A DNA stretch of 64,000 bases from Deltaproteobacteria bacterium (GTDB lineage Bacteria > Myxococcota_A > Polyangia > Fen-1088), in the NCBI GenBank assembly GCA_033763315.1, contig JANRKS010000028.1, positions 1 to 64,000 of the forward strand, in the 5' to 3' direction. Each line of letters begins with the position of its first letter. The stretch's first letter is position 1. Below the pieces are notes generated by a model. That model saw nothing but the letters and a program-made list of their open reading frames with translations. It did not search any database and had not been told where the DNA came from. Below are positions 32,228 to 41,832 of the stretch, piece after piece. The translations under genes were made by a program, and so were the position numbers.

Positions 32228-33553
32228 CTACTTCCCCGCCTCTGTGGCCTGTTGAGCCTCTTCCGCCGATACGTCAGCGATCTTAGCCTGGGCCAACAGC
32301 AGATCAAGCGTCTTGTCGTCTTGGATCTGGCGCCGCAAGCCGTGGATCTGGCCTGATTTTTCGAGGTCGGCGCGCAGCTTTTTGACGTTCTCTTGGCGGG
32401 CGGCGGCCAGTTCTGCCAGCTTCTTCTGCACGTCCGCGTCCGTCACTTCGATCTTCTCAACTTCGGCGATCGCGGCCAACAACACCGACGCGCGCGCCTG
32501 GGTTTCGGCTTCCGGCAACGAATCGTTGAACATGCGCTGGTCGTCGATGCCGGCAGCGCCAGGCTCGATGCCCATGCGGGCCAACTGGGCCTTGAACTGT
32601 TCCACCATGCTCTTGGCGTAACGTTCAACCATCGAACGGGCCACGGGGAAGTCATTGGCCTTCACCAGCGCCTTCACCGCCTGTTGTGACAATTCGGCGC
32701 GGATGCGCTGCTTATCGGAATCTTCAAGCCGCGCGCGAATCTTTTCTTTGAGGCCTGCGAGCGTCTCGGCTTCGCCCGTGTCTTTGGCGAGTTCATCATC
32801 GATCGCCGGCACCTTACGGCTGCGAACCTCTTTGACGGTGACCTTCAAGGCCACGTCCTGGCCAGCCAGCTCGCGCATCGGCACGTCGTCGGCGATCTTG
32901 TATTTGACCTCGTGATCTTCAGCTTTCACCGAGATGCCATTGAGCTGCGCCGCCAAACCAGGCAGGGGCTCGCGGCTTGGATCCGACAGATCCACGGCGG
33001 CAGTGCGGTGTTTAATCTTGTGGGCGCCGACTTTGCCCGTGACCTCGACCAAAACGAGATCGTCCCCTTTGGTAACGTCGCGACCTTCTTCGATGGGCAA
33101 GTACTGCGTGAGCTGGCGCTGGTGCGTTTCCAACTGTTGCTGGATCTGCGCTTCGTCCACTTTGGCGGGGCGGCGCTTGAGTTCGAGGCCCGTGTAGCCC
33201 TTCGGAACAACCGTTGATTTGATTTCAACCAACGCCGAGAATTTGAAGCCTTGGCCGGCTTTGAGTTCGAGTTTGTCAACCCGGGGTGGGGCGACGGGGG
33301 CAATTTGTTTCTCTTCAATCGCTTGGCCCAACGACAACTCGATGATTTCGCGCGCCACTTCGTCTTCGACGCGGGGGCCGTACATCTTCTCAAGCACGGA
33401 CCGCGGCGCCTTGCCGGGGCGGAAGCCATGCAGCTTCACTTGCTTGCGCAAAGCACTGTAGGCACGTTCCAACCTGGGAGCGACGTCGCCCCAGGGCACT
33501 TCAAAGTCAACGCGCTTTTCAACCGGGGAGATGTCTTCAATGGAGAGCTGCAT
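32228..33553 (-). CDS. tig: Trigger factor
   Basis: GFRPGKAP ribosome-binding motif; canonical position upstream of clpP. Confidence 0.94.
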   Translation of the reverse strand: MQLSIEDISPVEKRVDFEVPWGDVAPRLERAYSALRKQVKLHGFRPGKAPRSVLEKMYGPRVEDEVAREIIELSLGQAIEEKQIAPVAPPRVDKLELKAGQGFKFSALVEIKSTVVPKGYTGLELKRRPAKVDEAQIQQQLETHQRQLTQYLPIEEGRDVTKGDDLVLVEVTGKVGAHKIKHRTAAVDLSDPSREPLPGLAAQLNGISVKAEDHEVKYKIADDVPMRELAGQDVALKVTVKEVRSRKVPAIDDELAKDTGEAETLAGLKEKIRARLEDSDKQRIRAELSQQAVKALVKANDFPVARSMVERYAKSMVEQFKAQLARMGIEPGAAGIDDQRMFNDSLPEAETQARASVLLAAIAEVEKIEVTDADVQKKLAELAAARQENVKKLRADLEKSGQIHGLRRQIQDDKTLDLLLAQAKIADVSAEEAQQATEAGK

Positions 33554-33699
33554 GGGAAGGGCTAAGGTTATTCAGGACTACGGCCCCCACGTCAACAGCC
33601 ACGAAGCCGCCGAATGCTGGGGCGACACAAGACATTGCGTCGCGCCAGAGGGTTTAAGCTTGCGCCAAACCCCGCGCTCGTACACCATACCGCCCTTAC

Positions 33700-35415
33700 A
33701 TGTCGTCAGGAGGATTCAGCACGCTAGGCGATCGCCTAGGTATTAAGGTGGCAGAGTGCCGCGTGCGTGGCTGCACCCGTACCTGGACCGATCTGTCTAG
33801 CAATCCAAAGCTGGGCGACGCCGGGGTCACCGACGACACCAAAGGCATGTGCGAGTCATGCCGCCGACGCTGGCCGAAGCTGGCCGACAAAGACATGCCG
33901 TGCGCGCGCGAGGGCTGCGAAGGCACATGGCGCTACAGCCGCGAATCGCAACTAGAGCACCTGGCCTCGGGCCGCCCCGATCCGAAGCACTTCTGTGGCG
34001 CCTGCGACGAAAAGCTTAAGAGCCTCGAAACAGTTGAAGCCACCTGCGCCGTCCCCGGCTGCGGCCGCACGGCACGCCTGACGCCAAAACAACAATTGCT
34101 GGGCGATGTGGGCGGCGTTGACCTTGCGGAAGGTGGCATCACCTACACGGGGCCGCTGTGCAAGCGCTGCGCGGAAAAAGGCCCGTACATCAAAGACGTG
34201 GCCGTGGCTTGCGGCATCCAGAAGTGCAAGCGCACTTGGACATGGAAGGCTGATGAGCAGATGCAGGCGTTTGCTTCTGGCAAGCCGAACATCGCTCCTC
34301 GCCGCATGTGTGACACCTGCCGCGATGCTTTCGGTAAACTTTTAGACCGCGACATTCGCTGCCGCGCTTCAGGCTGCAAGAAAACCTGGCAGTGGACGCG
34401 CGAACAGCAGCTTGACGCCGCGGTTGCAGATAAGCCGCTGCCCAAGCCTCCGTCACATCTTTGCACAGACTGCTTCAAGATCTGGAGCGGCCTTAAAGAC
34501 GAAGAGCGACCGTGCCGTCGCTCGGGGTGCAAGAACACCTGGACAGAAAAGCGCGGCGCCCAACTGGCCCGCATTCTGCGTGGCAAAACCGGTGAGCCGT
34601 TTCCTCAGTTCTGCGCTTCATGCGCGGGCGAGGTGGAACACCTCAAGGATCGCGAAGTGCCCTGCAAGAGCGAAGGGTGCAAGCGCACCTGGACCTGGAC
34701 GGCGCAACAGCAGTTCATCGCGGGCGTTCGCCCCCTGCCCTCGCAGCTGCCCAAAGTGGCGGTTGAGGCAAAGCCTGCGGATCCGAACGCATCCAGTGGC
34801 GCTGATGAGTCGGTCACGCACGAGGCACAGCCAGCGGCGGTGCAAGCGTCGCATGAAGACGTTCAAGCCGAGGCCGCCGGTGCGGATGAGGCCCACGATC
34901 ACGACGAACAGCACGATGATGTGGGAGCCGAGCCGGCTGGGGCCGAAGGCGCGGAGGCCGAGGGCACCGAGACGCCCGAGGGTGGTGAGGTCAATGCATC
35001 CGAAGCCACCGGCGCCAACGGAGAAACCGCCACCGCAGCGCCCACAAAGAAGCGCCGCCGCCGGCGTCGCCGCGCGCGGAACCACGTTCACGCCCCGAGC
35101 CGTCACTGCGGCTTTTGCACTGATTTCCTGGCCAAGCACAAGACCATCGAATTGCCCTGCGCCAGCTGCGGCACGCCGATTTTCTGGCCGCCCGAGAGCC
35201 AGCTGCAAACCGAACTTGGCAATTGGGAGATCCCGAAGCTGTGCGGGGCGTGTAAGCGCGACGCCACAGAGGCCGAGCGCATCCGCGCCAAAGAGGAAAT
35301 CATCAGCCACGCGCCTCACGCGGCCGGCTCTGCCCACCCGGCTCCCCAAGCGCCCGTCCCAGAACCAGAGACGCCGCCTGCCGAGGCGCCGTCTGCTGAT
35401 TCTACGCCTGCCTAA
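33700..35415 (+). CDS. Tandem zinc-ribbon repeat protein (eight C-x4-C/C-x2-C ... C-x2-C units)
   Basis: Repeated D-x-x-x-x-C-x3-GC-x2-TW-x-W-x4-Q...P-x3-C-x2-C unit; typical GC3-rich codon usage. Confidence 0.85.
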   Translation: MSSGGFSTLGDRLGIKVAECRVRGCTRTWTDLSSNPKLGDAGVTDDTKGMCESCRRRWPKLADKDMPCAREGCEGTWRYSRESQLEHLASGRPDPKHFCGACDEKLKSLETVEATCAVPGCGRTARLTPKQQLLGDVGGVDLAEGGITYTGPLCKRCAEKGPYIKDVAVACGIQKCKRTWTWKADEQMQAFASGKPNIAPRRMCDTCRDAFGKLLDRDIRCRASGCKKTWQWTREQQLDAAVADKPLPKPPSHLCTDCFKIWSGLKDEERPCRRSGCKNTWTEKRGAQLARILRGKTGEPFPQFCASCAGEVEHLKDREVPCKSEGCKRTWTWTAQQQFIAGVRPLPSQLPKVAVEAKPADPNASSGADESVTHEAQPAAVQASHEDVQAEAAGADEAHDHDEQHDDVGAEPAGAEGAEAEGTETPEGGEVNASEATGANGETATAAPTKKRRRRRRRARNHVHAPSRHCGFCTDFLAKHKTIELPCASCGTPIFWPPESQLQTELGNWEIPKLCGACKRDATEAERIRAKEEIISHAPHAAGSAHPAPQAPVPEPETPPAEAPSADSTPA

Positions 35416-35803
35416 ACCGCTGCTGCAGCCGATGCACCAGCGGAATGTCCGCGGGAGGCAGTTTGAGCGTCAGCACGTCACTTAGCGGCACCCAACGTAC
35501 GTCGTGCACCTGCACGGCCGTGGGAGCGCCGCGCGTGACCGTGCATTCATATAGCAACATGTAGAGGTCGAAGGACTCGTAGGCGTAGAACACCACGTCC
35601 ACCACGCCACCCACTTTTATCTCGCAGCCGAGCTCCTCCGCTATCTCGCGGACCAGCGCCGCCTCTGGCGACTCTCCGGGTTCGATCTTGCCGCCTGGGA
35701 ACTCCCAACATAGAGGCAGTGACTGGTCGGGTCGCCGCTGCGACAAACACACGCGATCACCATCGCGCAGCCATGCCGCCACCACCAAAAGCCGTGATCG
35801 CAT
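35402..35803 (-). CDS. NUDIX hydrolase, MutT/NudG-like
   Basis: WEFPGGKIEPGESPEAALVREIAEELG Nudix box and C-terminal PPAD; start ATG 35803. Confidence 0.92.
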   Translation of the reverse strand: MRSRLLVVAAWLRDGDRVCLSQRRPDQSLPLCWEFPGGKIEPGESPEAALVREIAEELGCEIKVGGVVDVVFYAYESFDLYMLLYECTVTRGAPTAVQVHDVRWVPLSDVLTLKLPPADIPLVHRLQQRFRQA

Positions 35804-35810
35804 AAGGCGA

Positions 35811-37808
35811 TCAATGCCGGATTTGGCTTGGATCAGCAAGCTCTGGCAAACGCAAAACAGGGCTGCGACGTGTGCCTTGGTCCTGCGCCAGCGCATCGAT
35901 GCGCGACAGAAGTTCATCAAGAGCGAATGGTTTGTGGATGCACGCCGGAGGCGACTCCTCAAGGAAACGCCGGGCTTCGGGGGCAAAAGCCCCGCCCGTG
36001 ATGAACAAGAACCGCTGCGGCAGTTCAGGATAAAGTTCCCGCACAGCCGCGAAGAATTCTGCGCCCGACATCCCAGGCATCTGCAGATCACACAAGATCA
36101 CGTCGAAATCGCGGTCAATGGCCAGCAGCGCGAGGGCTTCTGTGGCGCTGCCCCGGATCTCCACATCATGATGATCGATCAGCATGCGGCGGTAGGCTTT
36201 CAGCAGCAATGTTTCGTCGTCCACCGCCAAGACGCGGCGTCGCCGACCGGTGCGGCCTTCAACCTTAGGAGATGGAGGTTGATCTTTCGCGGCCAAGAAC
36301 GGCAGCGTCACGCGAAACAAAGCGCCGCGCCCTGGTTCACTTTCCGCTTCGATCTTGCCGCCCAACGACAGGACGATGTCACGCGAGATTGGCAAGCCGA
36401 GGCCGGTGCCAACGCCACGTGGCTTGGTTGTGTAGAACGATTCGAACACGCGGCTCATCACGTCGGCGGCAATGCCGGGGCCGCTGTCTTGGATTTCAAC
36501 GACGACACCGGACGGGGTGTCGAAACTGCGCACCCACAGACGGTTGCGCTCGGGGCCACCTTCAGACATCGCGTGGGCCGCGTTCAAAATGATGTTGAGG
36601 AAAACTTGGCCGAGACGAGCCGCGCCGCCCGGCACATGGCGTGTGGCACGCAGATCGCGGATGACTGTGGCGCGGTAACGAAGCTCGTTGCGTAGCATCG
36701 ACAGCGCAGACTCCAAAGATACATTCGCGTCGGTTGCCACCTGGGTGTCGTCATCCACACGCGAGAACGAATGCAAATCACGCACGATGCGCGTGATGCG
36801 TGCCATGCCCTCCTTGGATTCTTGCAAAATGCTCATGGCATCGAACATCAGCGCCTGCGCCCCCAACGAACGAGCCACGCGTGGCTGGCTCGCAAGCTTT
36901 TCGTCCATCGTCTGCAACACCGACAGCACAGAATCTAGGTTGTGCAGAACAAAGGAAGCGGGGTTGTTGATCTCGTGCGCCACGCCCGCAGCCAGCAAGC
37001 CGATCGATGCCAGCTTTTCTGCCTGTAGACGCCTCACTTCGAGATCGCGCGCGTCCGTGACGTCGCGCATGTGCAGAAGCACGCGGTCTACCGCGGGGTA
37101 GGCGGCCACCAAGAGCTGCCGTTGGTCGCGCGATATCACGAGTTCGACGCGCTGGTTGGAGTGTCGCGCCTGGCTTGCCAGCGCCGCTAGATCAGGATCC
37201 ACGATCTCTGCGGCAACATCGCGGGGGTCACGCATGCGTCGGCCGGCGGTGTTTTCAAGCACAACCACGCCGTCGTTGTCTAACAGCAACACACCATCTT
37301 CAATCAGGTTTACGGCTTCTCGAAGCACGTCCCGTTCACTGCGCACTTCGTCGGCCAAAGCTGCGACTTTGCGCGTGTGTTCCACAACTTTGATCTCAAG
37401 CTCCGAGTTGTGACGGCGGGTTTCCGCGGCCAAGCGCTTCGAACGCAAGTTGAGATCCACGCGGCCACGAATCTCATCGGCCGAAGACGACGACAACAAC
37501 ATGTCATCGAGATCGCCTGGCAAAAGCGTGCCCGGCGCGCCGAGTTCAGGCCACGCATCAACAATGAGGACGGTGGGCAACGATCGCAAGCGACTCAGGC
37601 GGGCGACCTTGCCGCACAGGGCCTCCGCGCCACCGCCCTCCAGCAAGATGTGGACGAGCAGCAGATCGCTCTCCCGCACACCTGACAACTCTTCGAGCGC
37701 TGAATTGACGTCAGAGCAAACGGCGACCACGTGGCCCGCCTGGCCTAAAGCCACAGTGAAGTGGCGAGAAACGCCCGGAGCCGAAGCGGCAAGAACAAGG
37801 CGGGCCAT
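35811..37808 (-). CDS. Cytoplasmic hybrid histidine kinase (pseudo-REC - PAS-like - HisKA/HATPase - REC)
   Basis: GVAHEINNP H-box, QVFLNIILNA, DSGPGI and GTGLGL motifs; C-terminal VDDE...CDLQMP...KPF receiver. Confidence 0.93.
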   Translation of the reverse strand: MARLVLAASAPGVSRHFTVALGQAGHVVAVCSDVNSALEELSGVRESDLLLVHILLEGGGAEALCGKVARLSRLRSLPTVLIVDAWPELGAPGTLLPGDLDDMLLSSSSADEIRGRVDLNLRSKRLAAETRRHNSELEIKVVEHTRKVAALADEVRSERDVLREAVNLIEDGVLLLDNDGVVVLENTAGRRMRDPRDVAAEIVDPDLAALASQARHSNQRVELVISRDQRQLLVAAYPAVDRVLLHMRDVTDARDLEVRRLQAEKLASIGLLAAGVAHEINNPASFVLHNLDSVLSVLQTMDEKLASQPRVARSLGAQALMFDAMSILQESKEGMARITRIVRDLHSFSRVDDDTQVATDANVSLESALSMLRNELRYRATVIRDLRATRHVPGGAARLGQVFLNIILNAAHAMSEGGPERNRLWVRSFDTPSGVVVEIQDSGPGIAADVMSRVFESFYTTKPRGVGTGLGLPISRDIVLSLGGKIEAESEPGRGALFRVTLPFLAAKDQPPSPKVEGRTGRRRRVLAVDDETLLLKAYRRMLIDHHDVEIRGSATEALALLAIDRDFDVILCDLQMPGMSGAEFFAAVRELYPELPQRFLFITGGAFAPEARRFLEESPPACIHKPFALDELLSRIDALAQDQGTRRSPVLRLPELADPSQIRH

Positions 37809-38207
37809 GCGCTATCCCTGATTGCCGAAACGCGCGCGTGTTGAAACCGTCCTGCGCAGGCCGGGCATGCACAAAACGAGCAAGCGCGCGAAGGCAACAC
37901 AACCAGCCCCGCACACCCCTTTACCATCCAACAGCGAACAGAAACTCGTCATAGATGCGCAAGACCTGGCTTGCGCCTCCTCATAATCAGGCCGAAACCC
38001 GCGATGAGGCAAGTTCATTTCGTAATCGCTGACGCGCATACATCTAGGTACACAGGAGCCAAGCGTTGTGACCGGAATGGGCTTTCGCGGCCATTCTGCT
38101 TCGTTGCTCCGTTGTAACGACGGTGACAAAGAAGTAAGTGGGTGAGCACACAAAGACGTTACGGGACCCGCTCAAGGCGGTCTGCTAGCCCGTCGATGCT
38201 ATGGCTC

Positions 38208-39302
38208 ATGAGCGAGTTGGTCAATGAGGAGGTGCCGGCGGCGAAAGTCCTTTACGTGGACGACGAACCCAACCTTTGCCGCGCGTTCTTGCGCATATTT
38301 GGCAACGAGCCCGGCTTGAACGTACACGTGATGACGTCCCCAGCGGCGGCTTTGGATCTCATCGACAAGGAATCGTTCGATGTGATCGTATCGGATCTGC
38401 GCATGCCTGAAATGGATGGCATCGCCTTTTTAGCGAACGCGCGGCGCCAACGCCCTGAGGCGCGGCGCCTGTTGATCAGTGGATACGCCGATTTCGAGAC
38501 GGCGCTGGTGGCGATTAACAAAGTTGGCGTCGATCGGCTGCTCACCAAACCCTGGAACACCTACGAAGTTGTGAGTGCGGTGCAGGCCGCGGCTGATCAC
38601 GTGTCATTGCTGCGAGAGAACGCGCGCGTTCACGAAGAGCTACGGCGAAAGAACAAAGAGTTGGGGAGGATGAACCGCCAGCTCGATTTGATGCTCGAAG
38701 AACGCACAAGCAACCTTTTGGATAGCCTCGTGTCGGCGCTCGATCTGCGCGACTCGGAGACGCAGTGGCACTCGCGGCGCGTGGGCCTTTACGCGCGTCG
38801 CCTCGCCAGCGAGCTTGGCATCGCTGGCAAAGATCTGGACGACATTGAACGCGGCAGTATTTTGCACGACATCGGCAAAATCGGCGTTCGCGACGCTGTG
38901 TTGCTGAAGCCGGGCCCACTCAATGACGAGGAGTGGGTGGAGATGAAGCGCCATCCCGCGCTGGGTTTCGAGATGCTCAAGGACATCGGCTTTCTTGAAC
39001 ACGCTCGTTTGATTCCGCTGCAGCACCAAGAGCGGTACGACGGCTCGGGCTACCCTGGTGGTCTGCGGGGTGAACAAATCAGCATTGGGGCGCGAATCTT
39101 CGCGGTCGTCGACACCTACGACGCCATCACCAGCAACCGGCCCTATCGCAAAGCGCGCACGTACGCCGTGGCCCGCAGTGAAATCGAACGGTGCGCCAAC
39201 ACGCAATTCGATCCCAAGGTGGTCAGCGCGTGGCTACGGGTTCCTGAAGGCGACTGGCATGCGATCCGCCAGTCCCTAGAAGCCAAGGGCGCCGACGATT
39301 AG
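38208..39302 (+). CDS. Response regulator with HD-GYP cyclic-dinucleotide phosphodiesterase domain
   Basis: YVDDE..SDLRMP..KPW receiver; HSRRV, LHDIGKIG, HQERYDGSGYP and RPYR motifs. Confidence 0.93.
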   Translation: MSELVNEEVPAAKVLYVDDEPNLCRAFLRIFGNEPGLNVHVMTSPAAALDLIDKESFDVIVSDLRMPEMDGIAFLANARRQRPEARRLLISGYADFETALVAINKVGVDRLLTKPWNTYEVVSAVQAAADHVSLLRENARVHEELRRKNKELGRMNRQLDLMLEERTSNLLDSLVSALDLRDSETQWHSRRVGLYARRLASELGIAGKDLDDIERGSILHDIGKIGVRDAVLLKPGPLNDEEWVEMKRHPALGFEMLKDIGFLEHARLIPLQHQERYDGSGYPGGLRGEQISIGARIFAVVDTYDAITSNRPYRKARTYAVARSEIERCANTQFDPKVVSAWLRVPEGDWHAIRQSLEAKGADD

Positions 39303-39303
39303 A

Positions 39304-39645
39304 TTAGGCTCGATCGCCAAGCTGATCGATTCGGTCGATTTTGGCGGCCAGAATGAAATCGTTCTCGGACAAACCACCCACGTCGTGGGTCCAAACCGTG
39401 ACATTGACGGTCGCGTAGCTCACGGCAAAATCGGGGTGATGGCCTTCGGACTCGGCAAGTTCCGCCAGGCGATTCACAAACGCCATCGAACCGCGGAAGT
39501 CACGAAACTTGAACTGACGACGTAGCTGACGCTCATCTGCGATCGTCCATGCTGGTATCTCGACCGCGAGCGACGCAATTTGTAGGGCGGTCAGTTTGGC
39601 GATTCCACCTGTGCAGGGCGCACACTTTCGGCTCGAGAGGTCCAT
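39304..39645 (-). CDS. phhB: Pterin-4-alpha-carbinolamine dehydratase
   Basis: CAPC, EGHHPD and WTHDVGGLSENDFILAAKID motifs; start ATG 39645. Confidence 0.92.
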   Translation of the reverse strand: MDLSSRKCAPCTGGIAKLTALQIASLAVEIPAWTIADERQLRRQFKFRDFRGSMAFVNRLAELAESEGHHPDFAVSYATVNVTVWTHDVGGLSENDFILAAKIDRIDQLGDRA

Positions 39646-39728
39646 GGACACGTAGGTTACCAAGCGGGGCAGCCACGTCACCTTGTTATGCGGTTGCGCT
39701 GCGCGCCGGCCTCTGGCAGTTTTGCCGG

Positions 39729-40112
39729 ATGTCTAGTGCGGTCACCAACGGCATTCGCGTCACTGTGAAAAGCCAATACATCGCCGATCGCTCTGCCCCG
39801 CGCGAACGGCGGTATGCCTTCTCTTATACGGTCACAATCCGCAACGAAGGCGCGGAGAGCGCGCAGCTGTTGAGCCGTCACTGGATCATCGTGGACAACG
39901 AAGGCGGCCAGCAAGAGGTCAAAGGTGAAGGCGTGGTGGGTGTGCAGCCGATGCTTCGGCAAGGCGAGAGCTTCGAGTACACCAGCTGGTGTGTGATCCC
40001 CACGCCCTCGGGCGCCATGCGCGGCACGTACCAGATGGTGGCAAACAGTGGCAAACGATTCGACGCCGAAATCGCCCCCTTTCGATTGGGCTTGCCTAAC
40101 TCTTTGAACTAG
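39729..40112 (+). CDS. apaG: ApaG protein
   Basis: YTVTIRN, QLLSRHWII, GEGVVGVQP, FEYTS and GAMRGTY motifs. Confidence 0.95.
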   Translation: MSSAVTNGIRVTVKSQYIADRSAPRERRYAFSYTVTIRNEGAESAQLLSRHWIIVDNEGGQQEVKGEGVVGVQPMLRQGESFEYTSWCVIPTPSGAMRGTYQMVANSGKRFDAEIAPFRLGLPNSLN

Positions 40113-40119
40113 GTGGCGC

Positions 40120-40842
40120 ATGCGCATCTTGGCAGGGACCAGTGGGTTTTCTTACGCGCCTTGGAAAGGCTCGTTTTATCCCGAAAAACTGCCTAGCAAG
40201 CAGATGCTGGCGTTTTATGCCACGCAGTTGCCCGCGGTGGAGATCAACAACAGTTTCTACCGCATGCCCAAACCAGCGGATCTGACGGCCTGGGCCGATC
40301 AAACGCCAGACACCTTTCGGTTCGTATTGAAAGCCCCCAAACGCATCTCGCATGTGCAGAAGCTTGTTGAGTCGGGGTCGGACGTCGCTCGGCTGGGTGA
40401 AGTGGCGGCTGCATTGGGGCCGAAGCTGGGACCGGTGCTGATACAGCTGCCGCCGTTTTTGCGGGTGGATGCGCCTCGCCTGCGGGCCTTCTTGGCGGTC
40501 CTGCGCGAGGTGGCGCCGCGTCTGTCGCCTGCCTTTGAGTTCCGTCACGCCTCTTGGTTTTGCGAGGAAGTGTATGCGGCGCTATCGGAAGCCAAGGCCG
40601 CGCTGTGTATCGCTGACGACGAAAAATTGACCACGCCGATGGTTGCCACCGCCCCTTGGGGCTACCTGCGCCTACGGCAAGAGGGGTACGACGACCAGGC
40701 TTTGGCTTCCTGGTGGGACCAGGTGCAAAAGCAAAGTTGGTCGGAGGCCTATGTCTTCTTCAAACATGAGGACGCTGGGGTTGGTCCGCGGTTGGCCAAA
40801 GCGTTCCTGGGTTTAGCGGGTTCCCCAACCCCCGCGCCTTGA
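40120..40842 (+). CDS. DUF72 family protein (TIM barrel)
   Basis: GTSGFSY..W.G.FYP, VEINNSFY, KAP..ISH, QLPP, EFRH.SW, YLRL and FFKH motifs. Confidence 0.93.
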   Translation: MRILAGTSGFSYAPWKGSFYPEKLPSKQMLAFYATQLPAVEINNSFYRMPKPADLTAWADQTPDTFRFVLKAPKRISHVQKLVESGSDVARLGEVAAALGPKLGPVLIQLPPFLRVDAPRLRAFLAVLREVAPRLSPAFEFRHASWFCEEVYAALSEAKAALCIADDEKLTTPMVATAPWGYLRLRQEGYDDQALASWWDQVQKQSWSEAYVFFKHEDAGVGPRLAKAFLGLAGSPTPAP

Positions 40843-40908
40843 GGGCCCGACGCGGTAGGATATGTAAGTTTTTTGCCTACTGCGATTTGAGCCTATACTG
40901 TGAAGCGC

Positions 40909-41778
40909 ATGGCAGCGCGCTCCATAGCAAAGGGAAGCATCTCCTTCGGGTTGGTGGCAATCCCCGTCAAGCTTTACCCGGCCACCCAACCGCAGGCGGG
41001 GTTGTCGTTCAACTTGCTCGACAAGGAAACGGGGGGGCGACTCAAACAGCAATACGTGCGGGCCAGCGACGGCGAGATCGTCGAGCGCTCACAAATGGTC
41101 AAAGGTTACGAATTCGCCAAAGGCCAATACGTGACGTTTACGCCCGAGGAGCTCAAGTCCCTTGAAGAGCGCGGCAGCCAAGCCATCGAGATAGAGGAGT
41201 TCGTTCCCCGGGCGGCGGTGGATCCCATTCACTACGACAAGCCTTACTATTTAGGCCCCGAGCGCGGCGGCGAGAAGGCCTACCGTTTGTTGAGTGAAGT
41301 CATGACAGAAACCGACCGCGTGGCGATCGCCCGGTACGCGGCGCGCGGCAAACAATATCTCGTGATGCTTCGGCCCGCAGAAAAGGGGCTGGTGATGCAA
41401 CAGCTGCTGTATGCGGACGAAGTGCGCCCGATGAGCGACGTGCCGATCCCCGACGTTGAGCCCAAGCACGGCGAGTTGCAGCTGGCGCGCCAATTGGTGG
41501 AGCAAATCTCGAAGCAGACGTTCGACGTCAAAGCCTATAAGGATGAAGTGCGCGAACGGATCAACGCTGACATTCAGCGGAAGATCGAAGGCCATGAGAT
41601 CGAGCAGTTGGAAGAGGCTTCGGAGCCGGCGCAGGTGATCGACCTCATGGAAGCCCTCAAGGCAAGTTTGGCCGCCCACGCCGCTGCAACTTCTGCCCAG
41701 GCGGAACAGCGCCGGCCTGCCAAGCTTTCAAGCGATTCACCACCGGCCCGCAAACGCTCCAAGGCGGGGGCCGAATAA
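40909..41778 (+). CDS. ku: Non-homologous end-joining protein Ku
   Basis: GSISFGLVAIPVKLY, VKGYE, IEIEEFV, YDKPYYL, YADEVR and VIDLMEALKASL motifs; basic C-terminal tail. Confidence 0.95.
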   Translation: MAARSIAKGSISFGLVAIPVKLYPATQPQAGLSFNLLDKETGGRLKQQYVRASDGEIVERSQMVKGYEFAKGQYVTFTPEELKSLEERGSQAIEIEEFVPRAAVDPIHYDKPYYLGPERGGEKAYRLLSEVMTETDRVAIARYAARGKQYLVMLRPAEKGLVMQQLLYADEVRPMSDVPIPDVEPKHGELQLARQLVEQISKQTFDVKAYKDEVRERINADIQRKIEGHEIEQLEEASEPAQVIDLMEALKASLAAHAAATSAQAEQRRPAKLSSDSPPARKRSKAGAE

Positions 41779-41823
41779 GCGCGATTGCTCGCATCTCAAC
41801 GCCGTCAAGCGGCGACGCGCAAT

Positions 41824-41832
41824 TTATCCACA
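41824..41832 (+). promoter_or_regulatory. Perfect DnaA box in the ku / MerR-TPR intergenic region
   Basis: TTATCCACA exact consensus, beside an AT-rich stretch. Confidence 0.4.

Noticed and set aside
34412-35485. 357-aa alternative-frame ORF inside the zinc-ribbon gene
   Set aside because: Arg/Pro/Ser-rich composition typical of an off-frame reading of GC3-biased codons; no frameshift is needed because the main frame is intact.
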